Below, in pieces: positions 37,333-45,777 of a stretch of 64,000 nt of DNA (within the stretch, counting starts at the first letter, position 1; each line of letters opens with the position of its first letter). The DNA comes from an uncultured Verrucomicrobiota bacterium. GTDB taxonomy: Bacteria; Verrucomicrobiota; Verrucomicrobiia; Opitutales; UBA9783. The notes under the pieces are model-generated. The model made no database searches. It saw nothing but the letters and a program-made list of their open reading frames with translations, and was not told where the DNA came from. The position numbers and the translations under genes were made by a program. The DNA lies in NCBI GenBank assembly GCA_902495005.1, contig CABUVL010000001.1, positions 311,017 to 375,016 on the forward strand. Direction: 5' to 3'.

Positions 37333-38482
37333 TATTTTTAGCGCTTGATTGATTAATTTGAATGGACACGTGGTCATTTTGAAGGCCTATTTCACCTACA
37401 AACTTTTTGAATCCATTGATTTTTATGAGTGTTTGCTGTAAAAGAGACATGGGCAGTTTGAGGACGCTTCCTTGTTGCCACGACAGCACGTCATTGACGC
37501 AATAGTTGTTGAGATCCCATTCGGCCGTCACCTGTAAATCGATGTGTGCGTACGTTTCGCGCCAAATTGTGGGCTTGCGTTCAATTTGAACTGTTGTTTG
37601 CCGGGTTTTGTTAAATTGTGCCAAAATGGGTTGTATTTGGCTGTAAGGGAAGGCACATTGAAGGCAACCCTCCGGTTTTCCTTCAATGGACACATCGAAG
37701 GTGACAATTATGTAAGGGGTATACAAATTTTGTGGATGTGGGACAAAGCGCTTGTTGCATTCACAATCGATCAATTGAAAGCTGTTTGCCTCAGAGTACA
37801 CCGGCCACAGCTGACGCCATGTTTGAAGTGCTCCCAACAGGTTTTCGTTAATAAGGGCCTTCTCGATGTCTGTGAGCAAGCGATCTGTTGGAATTTCTTT
37901 CCCCTGTCCACCGAGCAGGCGATTTACCATAAGCAGGCATAAGGGAATATCGGCGAAACACAGTCCGATGCCAGGCAATTGATTAATTTTGAAAAGGATG
38001 ATGTGCTTGGGATCGTTGAGTGTGTTAAAAAAATGTCGGTAAGTTTGAATAGAGAAAGATTGCAATGAACAGCTTACATTAATTTTTAGTGACAGCTCTA
38101 GGTGGGTGCTTAGTGACTGCATCCACTGCGAATGGGCCTCTTTTAAATAATCAAATTCGAGATCTGAATAATTTTTAGGTGCCCGAAAGTCATACGATTC
38201 AACGCGCGTTTTGTCTGGGTCTAAACGCTGACCATTTTTGCCCAGAATCGTACCATTCGATAGGATTGTGGCGTCCTTCTCTATGTCCGTTATTTGAGCA
38301 TCGAGGGCGGCGTCGGTCTCTTGTGAAACGTCCCAGCCGTTTGACGGATTTTCGAGGTCTAGATCCGGAGAAATGGGCGTCTCAGATGGAGGAAGCGCTT
38401 GCGCAGAGGCTTGAGGGCTTTGTTGAGAATCACCTGCGCTCGTCGCTTGGGGATTGAATGTGCTTTGATCTTGGGAATTCAT
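37325..38482 (-). CDS. fliM: flagellar motor switch protein FliM (with atypical N-terminal extension)
   Basis: YDFRAPKNYS (the canonical YDFRRP motif), the middle FliM domain and a C-terminal SpoA-like domain (VLKLPMSL...IKINGFKKFVGEIG). Position in the operon fits. Confidence 0.88.
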   Translation of the reverse strand: MNSQDQSTFNPQATSAGDSQQSPQASAQALPPSETPISPDLDLENPSNGWDVSQETDAALDAQITDIEKDATILSNGTILGKNGQRLDPDKTRVESYDFRAPKNYSDLEFDYLKEAHSQWMQSLSTHLELSLKINVSCSLQSFSIQTYRHFFNTLNDPKHIILFKINQLPGIGLCFADIPLCLLMVNRLLGGQGKEIPTDRLLTDIEKALINENLLGALQTWRQLWPVYSEANSFQLIDCECNKRFVPHPQNLYTPYIIVTFDVSIEGKPEGCLQCAFPYSQIQPILAQFNKTRQTTVQIERKPTIWRETYAHIDLQVTAEWDLNNYCVNDVLSWQQGSVLKLPMSLLQQTLIKINGFKKFVGEIGLQNDHVSIQINQSSAKNNE

Positions 38483-38709
38483 AAGCGCGTGGATTTTTCA
38501 AGATTTATTATGGTTCGTTGGTGAGTGCGGATATTTTTGACCCCAAGGACAACCATGGTGTTGGCATAAGCTCGTCCGCTTGTGAAAATTGTTAGCTTTT
38601 GGAGAGGTGATTTAAGCGACACTCGCGCGTTCTTCGGTGTTTCTAAGGTGAACATACTCCGAGTTTGGAAGGATCTTATGGGGGCAATAACTGATGCTAA
38701 TTTTGACAT
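38479..38709 (-). CDS. small basic hypothetical protein in flagellar operon (weak FlbD/SwrD-like resemblance only)
   Basis: 76-aa ORF whose TGA overlaps the fliM ATG (ATGA). None of 8 stop trinucleotides falls in frame. FTLETPKNARVSL is vaguely like the FlbD IEETPDTVITL. Confidence 0.45.
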   Translation of the reverse strand: MSKLASVIAPIRSFQTRSMFTLETPKNARVSLKSPLQKLTIFTSGRAYANTMVVLGVKNIRTHQRTIINLEKSTRL

Positions 38710-38728
38710 TTTATGCGACTTAATTAAC

Positions 38729-39298
38729 TTAATTGGCCATACCGTGGTTCGGGTGTGTTAGCCAGACAGCGTCGCCTTGAGCTTGCATGGGGATTACAAA
38801 CCAAGGTTTTGAACCTCGTTCTGAGCGCGTTTGTCGTTTCGAGGAATCCGTGTGAAAGACCCCCGCCAGTTTAAATGGGTGGATGCTTGCCGGGATATTC
38901 AGCGGAAACGGAGGCTTTAGCGTGCCCGTTGTTTGAACGAGGTCGGACTTATTTGAACTCAATTGTCTAATGGGCTGAGCATTGCAAGGCTTGTGCCGAT
39001 GGGTTGACGTCATTGTCTTGTTGAACTGCCGTATAAGCCCAGTTGCCGCTTGAGCTTGGGTTGAATGAAGCAAGTCTGTGGGACAAGTCCAGTCTGTCAG
39101 ACCAGGGAACATGCGAAACCAGTGCAAATAGCCCTTTCCTCGTTGGAGAATCGAAGGACAAATCCCATTTACCCCCCTTATAGCCCAATGCCCTGCCTTC
39201 CAATGCCCTGTCTCTATTTTTTTTAGCCCCTTTTTTAATTTGCCTTTCGCTTGCAGCCCCATGGGAAAAATAATACGTTGAAAAGCGGGCGTATGCAA
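38729..39298 (-). CDS. basic hypothetical protein in flagellar operon (no recognisable family)
   Basis: 189-codon ORF (TTG at 39298, first ATG at codon 13) in the same frame as fliL, separated by TAA plus one codon. About 12 stop trinucleotides in the region and none in frame. Composition is W/H/K/R/T-rich with very few acidic residues. Confidence 0.45.
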   Translation of the reverse strand: MHTPAFQRIIFPMGLQAKGKLKKGLKKIETGHWKAGHWAIRGVNGICPSILQRGKGYLHWFRMFPGLTDWTCPTDLLHSTQAQAATGLIRQFNKTMTSTHRHKPCNAQPIRQLSSNKSDLVQTTGTLKPPFPLNIPASIHPFKLAGVFHTDSSKRQTRSERGSKPWFVIPMQAQGDAVWLTHPNHGMAN

Positions 39299-39301
39299 TG
39301 G

Positions 39302-39841
39302 TTATTTTATAATAAATTGAGAGAAGAAGAGCGACTTAATGTATTTATTTTGCAGTACTTGTTCAAAATTTTGTAGCAGTTGAGTTCTGACGATGTCCTT
39401 AATGTTAGGCTTACTCAAATCATCGGTGGACAATAAGGCCAGAATGCTGAGCGTTGTGTCGATGAGTTGGGCTTTGTGTTGTTCCATCAATTCACTGAAG
39501 TTGGGTTGGGTGCCCTCAACAACGTAACTCACGCGGATGTAACGCGATTGACCGCTGCCTATGAGATTGCCAACAATGTCTTTAAGCTCGTACGTTTGTA
39601 CGGTTGCTTCATTGGGAGAAGTGGGTGTGTCGGAGGGTGAGAGTTCTGGATCCATCGATTGTTGAAGCGCTTGTGTGATTTGTTTTTGTAAGCGTGGTGA
39701 CAAGACGTATTCTGTAAATAAGAATGATACGATGGGAAGCCCGATGAGAACCGCCAATGCAGGTGCCCAGGTTGAGAAGGTTGAGGCTTTAGGAGGGTTC
39801 ACCTGAGCATTGGTTATTTCTTCAATTTTTTCAGCGCACAT
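39302..39841 (-). CDS. fliL: flagellar basal-body-associated protein FliL
   Basis: 179 aa. N-terminal TM (WAPALAVLIGLPIVSFLF), then YELKDIVGNLIGSGQSRYIRVSYVVEG, the FliL signature. Confidence 0.85.
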   Translation of the reverse strand: MCAEKIEEITNAQVNPPKASTFSTWAPALAVLIGLPIVSFLFTEYVLSPRLQKQITQALQQSMDPELSPSDTPTSPNEATVQTYELKDIVGNLIGSGQSRYIRVSYVVEGTQPNFSELMEQHKAQLIDTTLSILALLSTDDLSKPNIKDIVRTQLLQNFEQVLQNKYIKSLFFSQFIIK

Positions 39842-39844
39842 AGA

Positions 39845-40927
39845 TTAAGAACGTTTAAGGTTGACGACTTCATTCAGAATTTCATCGGAGATGGTGATGA
39901 CACGCGCAGAGGCTTGGAATCCACGTTGCAGGGTGATCATATCTGAGAACTGCTTGGTAATGTCGACGTTGGCCATTTCCAAGGTCTTAGAACGTAAGTA
40001 CGTGTTGGTAATGCCGAATGATGTGTACGAAGTTCCGGCCGCTTCCATACCCGTGTACAAACCGTCACCTTCGTACAATAGCGCTTGTGCATCATCCACG
40101 CACGCCAATATCAACTTGCCGCCAATGACGTCCGTGCTGTTTTGATCGTTGAAAATGTAGTGGATTTCTCCCGTCGTAGAAAAACTGAAGCTGTTGATGA
40201 TGGGTGCCTTGGCGATGATATCGGCATGGTTGATTGTGTTGGCAGTTATAGCCGTTTGTGCGCTTTGACTGAGGTACAATTTTCCGCCTGTAATGTTTTT
40301 CTCGTTGCTATTATAATTATCCTCATCATTGTATGTGGCGTCTATATCTCCTTCAGCGTAATTAAATTGGATGCGCAAGTCGTCTTCGGTACCTTGGTTT
40401 TTGGGCTGATTAACTTCAATATTTTTAAATGTAATTCCTTTTTCTGCATCGTAATCGACGCGAAAGGCGGGCATATGTGTACTATCCATCTGCGTGCCCT
40501 GCAAACGGTATCCTTGTTGGTAGGTTACGAGGTAGTTGCGGCTGTCTTTCCGGAAATTACCGGCACGAGTTAGATAAGGGGTATTGCTGGTAGTGTCGAG
40601 TACTTTGAAAAAACCGCTGCCAACGATGGCCAGATCCGTTTCTTGTTCCGTTCGTTCCAGGGCGCCTTGTGAAAAACTTGTGACTGTACCGTCTACCTGC
40701 ATGCCGTTACCGACTTGCATGGCAACGGTGTTGGACCCATATTCAACTTCTTCATTGGCGGGCGCAGAGCGTTGTAAAATGGTGCTGAATGAAGACAAGT
40801 AATTCATTTTGGAGGACTTAAATCCAATGCTGTTGACGTTACTGATGTTATTGCTGACAACGTCGAAACCTTGCTTAAATCCATCCATTGCGCTGAAAGC
40901 GTTGTTCATTGCGTTAATGAGAGCCAT
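39845..40927 (-). CDS. flgE: flagellar hook protein FlgE
   Basis: N-terminal rod/hook motif (FDVVSNNISNVNSIGFK) and C-terminal LEMANVDITKQFSDMITLQRGFQASARVIT. Lies immediately after flgD. Confidence 0.88.
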   Translation of the reverse strand: MALINAMNNAFSAMDGFKQGFDVVSNNISNVNSIGFKSSKMNYLSSFSTILQRSAPANEEVEYGSNTVAMQVGNGMQVDGTVTSFSQGALERTEQETDLAIVGSGFFKVLDTTSNTPYLTRAGNFRKDSRNYLVTYQQGYRLQGTQMDSTHMPAFRVDYDAEKGITFKNIEVNQPKNQGTEDDLRIQFNYAEGDIDATYNDEDNYNSNEKNITGGKLYLSQSAQTAITANTINHADIIAKAPIINSFSFSTTGEIHYIFNDQNSTDVIGGKLILACVDDAQALLYEGDGLYTGMEAAGTSYTSFGITNTYLRSKTLEMANVDITKQFSDMITLQRGFQASARVITISDEILNEVVNLKRS

Positions 40928-40933
40928 AATTCC

Positions 40934-41554
40934 TTATGCGTTGTTGGTTAAATGTATTTCTTGAATAAATTGAGGATCGTAGGATTCATTGCCAATTTGT
41001 ACCTTGCATTGGGCCGTATTGGGATTCAAAATTGCGGTGACTTTACCCGAAAATGGCGTGGAATCTTGCAGTCTTCCGACCACCATTTTACCGAGGTAAT
41101 CCGTAAAATTAGATGGGGATGAGTTGTGTGAAGATAAGACACTGATTACGTCCGAAGCCTGAAAAGATTTACCGTTGATGGAAATAGTGCAGTTGGCTTC
41201 GCCTATGTTTTGAACAGCGTCGACGACCCCTTGAACGGTTTGAGATTGTCCTCGGTCATCGATGCTTTGGACAATTACCTCTTTGCCCAGGTAGCTTTCA
41301 CCTAAGTGACTGTTTTGAGCCTTGGTAAACAAATCTAACGATTCGGACAAGCGGGCGGACGTCAATGAATTGATTTGCCCCATCATTTCGGCGCTTCCCA
41401 TGGGCTCTAAGGGGTTTTGATTTTTCAATTGGCAGACAAGTAATTGCATAAAATCTTCCCCTTTGAGAGAACGATCTTGATGGCTTGTTATGAGTTCATC
41501 GCCGACGGTGTAACTACTTGAAAGTTGATTAAATGTGACACTCGGTAGAGGCAT
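40934..41554 (-). CDS. flgD: flagellar hook assembly (capping) protein FlgD
   Basis: KGEDFMQLLVCQLKNQNPLEPMGSAEMMGQINSL is the FlgD N-terminal signature. 206 aa. Confidence 0.9.
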   Translation of the reverse strand: MPLPSVTFNQLSSSYTVGDELITSHQDRSLKGEDFMQLLVCQLKNQNPLEPMGSAEMMGQINSLTSARLSESLDLFTKAQNSHLGESYLGKEVIVQSIDDRGQSQTVQGVVDAVQNIGEANCTISINGKSFQASDVISVLSSHNSSPSNFTDYLGKMVVGRLQDSTPFSGKVTAILNPNTAQCKVQIGNESYDPQFIQEIHLTNNA

Positions 41555-41567
41555 AGCTTTCTTGGGG

Positions 41568-42839
41568 TTAAAAAAAGTATGGGTTTGAGAGTTGCAAATT
41601 CATTTTGGCCGCTTCTGATCTTAGCCAATGCCATTGGTTTTTGAGGGACGTTTGTAGCTTTTGATCGGTGGATGAGAAGTACACGGTTAAGAATGACTTT
41701 GATAAGCTAAGTCTGCAATGGAGTGTGTCGCCGTTAGCAAGATCTATTTTTAGAGGAATGGCGTTCTTCTTGTTGCGCTTGAGGTCTTCGGCGGCTTGTA
41801 AGATGACGGACATAGCTTTCGATATAAGGGAGTTCTTCGTGGGCCCGAGCAATGAGGGAAGGTGTAGCTGTGCCTGTTTCTTGAGGGGATGAATGGCATT
41901 TTGTATGAGGGAATTTGCTTGAGCTGTGTCATGCAAAAATGGATTGCGCGGGGTTGTATGAGCTAATGGAGATTCAATTGCTTGAGCGGTAGGAGTTCTT
42001 GAGGTACTTGTAAAGGTCGTATTGTTCATTCGCTTGCTAAATAGACTTTGTGAAGAAGGAGCATTTTTAGTGCCAAATGCGTTGTCTTTAGGCCAAGCTT
42101 TATGGTTTGCTAGATAAGTACTCATGGTTTCCTTCGTTTGAGGTACTTGTAATAATGGCAGATACTGAATGATCTGTGAGTGCCGTACATGTGATTGCAA
42201 TGGCAGATGGATTGAATGGCTTTGTCCGTTGTGTAGATGCGGTAATGTGACTTGATTGACCGCTGAAGTCGTTTCACTTGCAGGTAAAAAGCTTGTGGAT
42301 CGCTGTACGCTTTCAGTTTGATTTGGTAACAGCGGTTCCTTTAAAGTGGACTCTTGTTCGGTTAACTCAGAAGTGTTTTTTAATGCCTGTTGGGGATTAT
42401 TATGCTGGGTGAGTGTTTGGGCCTGTATAGGACCGTGATTTGTGGGTTCTTTGGCGGGTGTTGCAGTTGAATTGAGAAGTGATGGTGTGGCGATGAATAA
42501 GTTGTCTGGAAGCTCATGATTGTCGGATTCATCTGGTAAAAGAGATTGTGTGGACGCTGATTCTATGAGTGTGAGGGGTTCGTCGAGGTCGTCGGAATCG
42601 TCAGTGCCCTCGGAAGCATCAGATTCGATAATTTCAACGAGGGCGCCATCAATATCTACTTTTTTAGGCAGATCATCGGAGTTTTGTGGGTAAGGGTTAA
42701 CGAGCAATTCACACAAGTTTTCCTCAAAATACTTCTTGGGCGCTGGCTTGGCATCTGCTTTGGGTTTATCGACAGTTGAATTATTGTCGCATTCCTGAAC
42801 GATGGGGCTGCAAGTACAATCGGAAATATTTTGGCTCAT
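41568..42839 (-). CDS. fliK: flagellar hook-length control protein FliK-like
   Basis: 423 aa. Long low-complexity S/T/P/Q/D-rich N-terminal region. C-terminal Flg_hook-like block (PLKIDLANGDTLHCRLSLSKSFLTVYFSSTDQKLQTSLKNQWHWLRSEAAKMNLQL). Position between the ylxF-like gene and flgD. Confidence 0.7.
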   Translation of the reverse strand: MSQNISDCTCSPIVQECDNNSTVDKPKADAKPAPKKYFEENLCELLVNPYPQNSDDLPKKVDIDGALVEIIESDASEGTDDSDDLDEPLTLIESASTQSLLPDESDNHELPDNLFIATPSLLNSTATPAKEPTNHGPIQAQTLTQHNNPQQALKNTSELTEQESTLKEPLLPNQTESVQRSTSFLPASETTSAVNQVTLPHLHNGQSHSIHLPLQSHVRHSQIIQYLPLLQVPQTKETMSTYLANHKAWPKDNAFGTKNAPSSQSLFSKRMNNTTFTSTSRTPTAQAIESPLAHTTPRNPFLHDTAQANSLIQNAIHPLKKQAQLHLPSLLGPTKNSLISKAMSVILQAAEDLKRNKKNAIPLKIDLANGDTLHCRLSLSKSFLTVYFSSTDQKLQTSLKNQWHWLRSEAAKMNLQLSNPYFF

Positions 42840-43450
42840 TTTTGTGATAATTCGTTGGTGCTTAGTCGAAAATTTTCGATTAATTGGTTTAATTTTTTGT
42901 GGTACGTTTTGTTATCTGTGGGGCGGGACATGCTTTGTAAAATGGGGCCCAAGGTGTCTGGAGATAAGAAGTGCATTATTTTTACGACGGAAGAAGTTTC
43001 CATCTCGTTAAAGACTCGAACGACCGAGTCGGGCGTCATATTCGAGTAGGTTGCAGCCAGTGTTTTGAGATTTTTTAATTCAGCTTCATGTAAGTACGTT
43101 ACGGATTGTGTGAGCTGTTTTTGTAAATGTTCGATATCTTTTTTTAAGTCATTTAGGGCCTGACGTTCTGTACGAATTTGTTCCTGCATGGCCTGTAATT
43201 CTTGTTCTTTTTGTGCCTGTTCTTTTGCGGTTTTATCGACTGCACTCAATAGGGCAGAAAAGTCTTTTACTTGCCTTTCCCACAGCGGTAATTGGGGCTC
43301 CTGAGTTTCATTTTGTCGATTTGTAAAGGAGGCTTTTAAGTGGGTGATGGCTTGCGTGGTACACGTGTTAATTCTTTTCCATAAATAAAAATTTTGGATG
43401 CCAAAATACAGCAACAATGCGCTCAAAAAACTCAGCCAATAACGTACCAT
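42836..43450 (-). CDS. flagellar operon protein, YlxF/MotE/FlbB-like (MgtE-N-like helical repeat)
   Basis: N-terminal TM, a coiled coil, then LKTLAATYSNMTPDSVVRVFNEMETSSVVKIMHFLSPDTLGPILQSM, matching the M-x-P-x2-(A/V)...repeat of MotE/YlxF. Same position as ylxF in the Bacillus fla/che operon. Confidence 0.55.
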   Translation of the reverse strand: MVRYWLSFLSALLLYFGIQNFYLWKRINTCTTQAITHLKASFTNRQNETQEPQLPLWERQVKDFSALLSAVDKTAKEQAQKEQELQAMQEQIRTERQALNDLKKDIEHLQKQLTQSVTYLHEAELKNLKTLAATYSNMTPDSVVRVFNEMETSSVVKIMHFLSPDTLGPILQSMSRPTDNKTYHKKLNQLIENFRLSTNELSQK

Positions 43451-43451
43451 A

Positions 43452-43895
43452 TTATTTCTTTTGACCAGCGTTGAACTGAGACCAGTCGTCGATTAGTTTT
43501 TCAGATAGCATGGATTGTGTGTGCAAGAATTGTTGCATTTTCTTTTCTTTTAGTTTTTCGAGTATTTCTACATTTCTTTTGGCTTCTAAGAACTCGTTGA
43601 GCCTTTTACTCTCCTCAATTTCGAGTGATTGTATGTGTCGTTGGAGATCCTCAACTTGACTGTGCAGTTCGTTCACTTTGTTGCGTAATTGAATGTACTG
43701 TTGAGGGTTGACGAGTTGATTGATTTGTTCCTGATTGTAAATGAGTTGCTTGAGTTCTAGCCTGGTTTTTTTTAACGATTCGGTTAAATTCATTTTTTGT
43801 TGAACGATTCGAGCATAGGCTTTTAGCTTAGCCTCTTTGGTCCGTTCTCTGAGTGCCAGGACCGTCGTAAGTTTAAACCCAAAATCTAATTGCAT
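43452..43895 (-). CDS. fliJ: flagellar export chaperone FliJ
   Basis: 147-aa all-coiled-coil protein directly after fliI. The sequence LALRERTKEAKLKAYARIVQQ... fits the FliJ pattern. The call rests mostly on synteny and size. Confidence 0.6.
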   Translation of the reverse strand: MQLDFGFKLTTVLALRERTKEAKLKAYARIVQQKMNLTESLKKTRLELKQLIYNQEQINQLVNPQQYIQLRNKVNELHSQVEDLQRHIQSLEIEESKRLNEFLEAKRNVEILEKLKEKKMQQFLHTQSMLSEKLIDDWSQFNAGQKK

Positions 43896-45220
43896 AGTAA
43901 AATGTCTTGAAGTTCCTTAAATAGTGCATTTCTTTCAAAGATTTCTGTGTAATTTTGTTTTAGAAAAGAAGTTAAATCATTGTACTTACGGACGGCTAAA
44001 TCCAATTGTTGGTTGTGGCCGGGGGTGTAAGCGCCAACGGATATTAGGTCTTCATTCTGTTTGTAAATAGCTAGCAAATTTCGTGCCATTGTTACAAGTT
44101 TGCTCTCTTCGGGGGATAAAATTTGTTTTGCGATACGGCTGATACTCATAAGTACGTCGATGGCTGGGTAGTGATTGGCGTTGGCAAGTGCCCTTGAAAG
44201 AATGATGTGTCCATCCAAGATACTGCGAACGGCGTCCGAGATCGGTTCATTGAATTCATCGCCTTCCGACAAAACCGTATAAACGGCCGTGATGTTACCG
44301 CGGTGGGTTCGGCCCGCCCTTTCCAGCAATTTAGGAAGTAATCCGAACACTGATGGAGGGTACCCGCGTGTCGTGGGAGGCTCGCCTAGGGATAGGCCAA
44401 TTTCACGTTGAGCCATGGCAAATCGCGTAATGGAATCCATCATGAGCAGAACGTTTTTCCCGCAGTCTCGGAAAAATTCTGCGATATAAGTGGCCAAAAA
44501 GGCGGCCCTGATGCGTAGAGGGGCGGCTTGGTCGGAGGTGGCAACCACAATCACAGATTTTTTTAATCCCTCTTCTCCCAGGTCATTGTGAATAAATTCG
44601 TTCAATTCGCGTCCACGTTCACCGATGAGCGCCAGGACGTTAATGTCGGCTTCGGAATGCTTGGCCAACATTCCAAGTAGGGTGGACTTGCCGACCCCGC
44701 TGCCGGCAAAGATGCCCATACGTTGTCCCAGTCCCATTGGAATGAAAGTGTCAATGGCCTTGATGGATGTGATAAAAGGACGGGTAATGATGGGGCGTTC
44801 AAGTGCTTTTGGAACGGCGGAGTTGAAGTGTCTTATACGTTGACAATGAAGCGGGCCCAGCTTGTCCATGGGAGCACCGAAGGCATCGATGATTCTGCCC
44901 CTCAGTCCATCGCCGATGGGGACAGATTGCTTGTAATTGTTTAAAACGACGCGACAACCGTAGGCAATATTGTTATTTTCCCCCAGCGGCATGAGGAGGA
45001 CGTGTGTGTCGTGGAAACCGATAACCTCGGCATCGATGAGGGCTTCATCGTTGGGAGATACGATAGAGACAAGATCGCCGAGGGCACATTGAGGCCCTTG
45101 AGATTCAACGAGTAATCCACTGACCTTGCAAACCTTTCCGATATGCTGATACAAGGGGGTTGTCTGGGTTAAGATGCGAAGGTGGGCGATCGTTTCGTTG
45201 AGGGACATGGTTAGCAACAA
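43886..45220 (-). CDS. fliI: flagellum-specific ATP synthase FliI
   Basis: Walker A GIFAGSGVGKSTLLGM, Walker B VLLMMDSITRFA, and an F1-beta-like C-terminus. 444 aa. Confidence 0.95.
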   Translation of the reverse strand: MLLTMSLNETIAHLRILTQTTPLYQHIGKVCKVSGLLVESQGPQCALGDLVSIVSPNDEALIDAEVIGFHDTHVLLMPLGENNNIAYGCRVVLNNYKQSVPIGDGLRGRIIDAFGAPMDKLGPLHCQRIRHFNSAVPKALERPIITRPFITSIKAIDTFIPMGLGQRMGIFAGSGVGKSTLLGMLAKHSEADINVLALIGERGRELNEFIHNDLGEEGLKKSVIVVATSDQAAPLRIRAAFLATYIAEFFRDCGKNVLLMMDSITRFAMAQREIGLSLGEPPTTRGYPPSVFGLLPKLLERAGRTHRGNITAVYTVLSEGDEFNEPISDAVRSILDGHIILSRALANANHYPAIDVLMSISRIAKQILSPEESKLVTMARNLLAIYKQNEDLISVGAYTPGHNQQLDLAVRKYNDLTSFLKQNYTEIFERNALFKELQDILLCN

Positions 45221-45777
45221 TGGTCAAAGCAAGTTTGAAGCGTTTTGAGACGACTCTTTAGGCGATTATCCAGAATGCCGAAATCGGTTTTTAAGATCAT
45301 GTCTCCTGCCTGCAAGGATGGGTCGGTGGTTATTTTTAATTGAGGGTACTTGTTCGTAAAATGTTTTTGTAAGTCATCAATCATGGTTTGATCTGCAAGG
45401 GAAATACACAGCGTCAGAGGACCTTCGGAAACGTTAGACGCGAGCAGTTGTTGGATTAATTCAAGCAGGGTTTCGCGTTCAATTTTGATCTTGGGTAACA
45501 GTATTTCTAACAGATGCATCAGGTAATCTGGTAATTGATTTTGAAAATCCTCCATGAAGTGATCGTACGATGTTTGAATTTTGCTGCAGAGTTTTTCAAA
45601 ATTTTCTCCCTGTTGAAGGCTTTGTTGTTCCAGTTTTATATTTACTTGTTGTTCAATGCGTTGCTGCATCAATTCATGTTTTTTTTCGTCTCTGTGTTCA
45701 ATGGTCCCACAGTAAGAAAATCGGATTTTAGTCGGTGTGTTTTTTAAGAAATTAATTTTTTTATAAGAGGATTTCAT
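45211..45777 (-). CDS. fliH: flagellar assembly protein FliH
   Basis: 188 aa. Central Q/E-rich helix and C-terminal ITTDPSLQAGDMILKTDFGILDNRLKSRL, matching the FliH/YscL C-terminal block. Lies between fliG and fliI. Confidence 0.7.
   Translation of the reverse strand: MKSSYKKINFLKNTPTKIRFSYCGTIEHRDEKKHELMQQRIEQQVNIKLEQQSLQQGENFEKLCSKIQTSYDHFMEDFQNQLPDYLMHLLEILLPKIKIERETLLELIQQLLASNVSEGPLTLCISLADQTMIDDLQKHFTNKYPQLKITTDPSLQAGDMILKTDFGILDNRLKSRLKTLQTCFDHCC

Noticed and set aside
38967-39203. 78-aa ORF in a second open frame within ORF X of the flagellar operon.
   Set aside because: It is shorter than the frame chosen for X and not positioned for coupling to neighbours. It is kept only as a caveat that the coding frame of this segment is uncertain.
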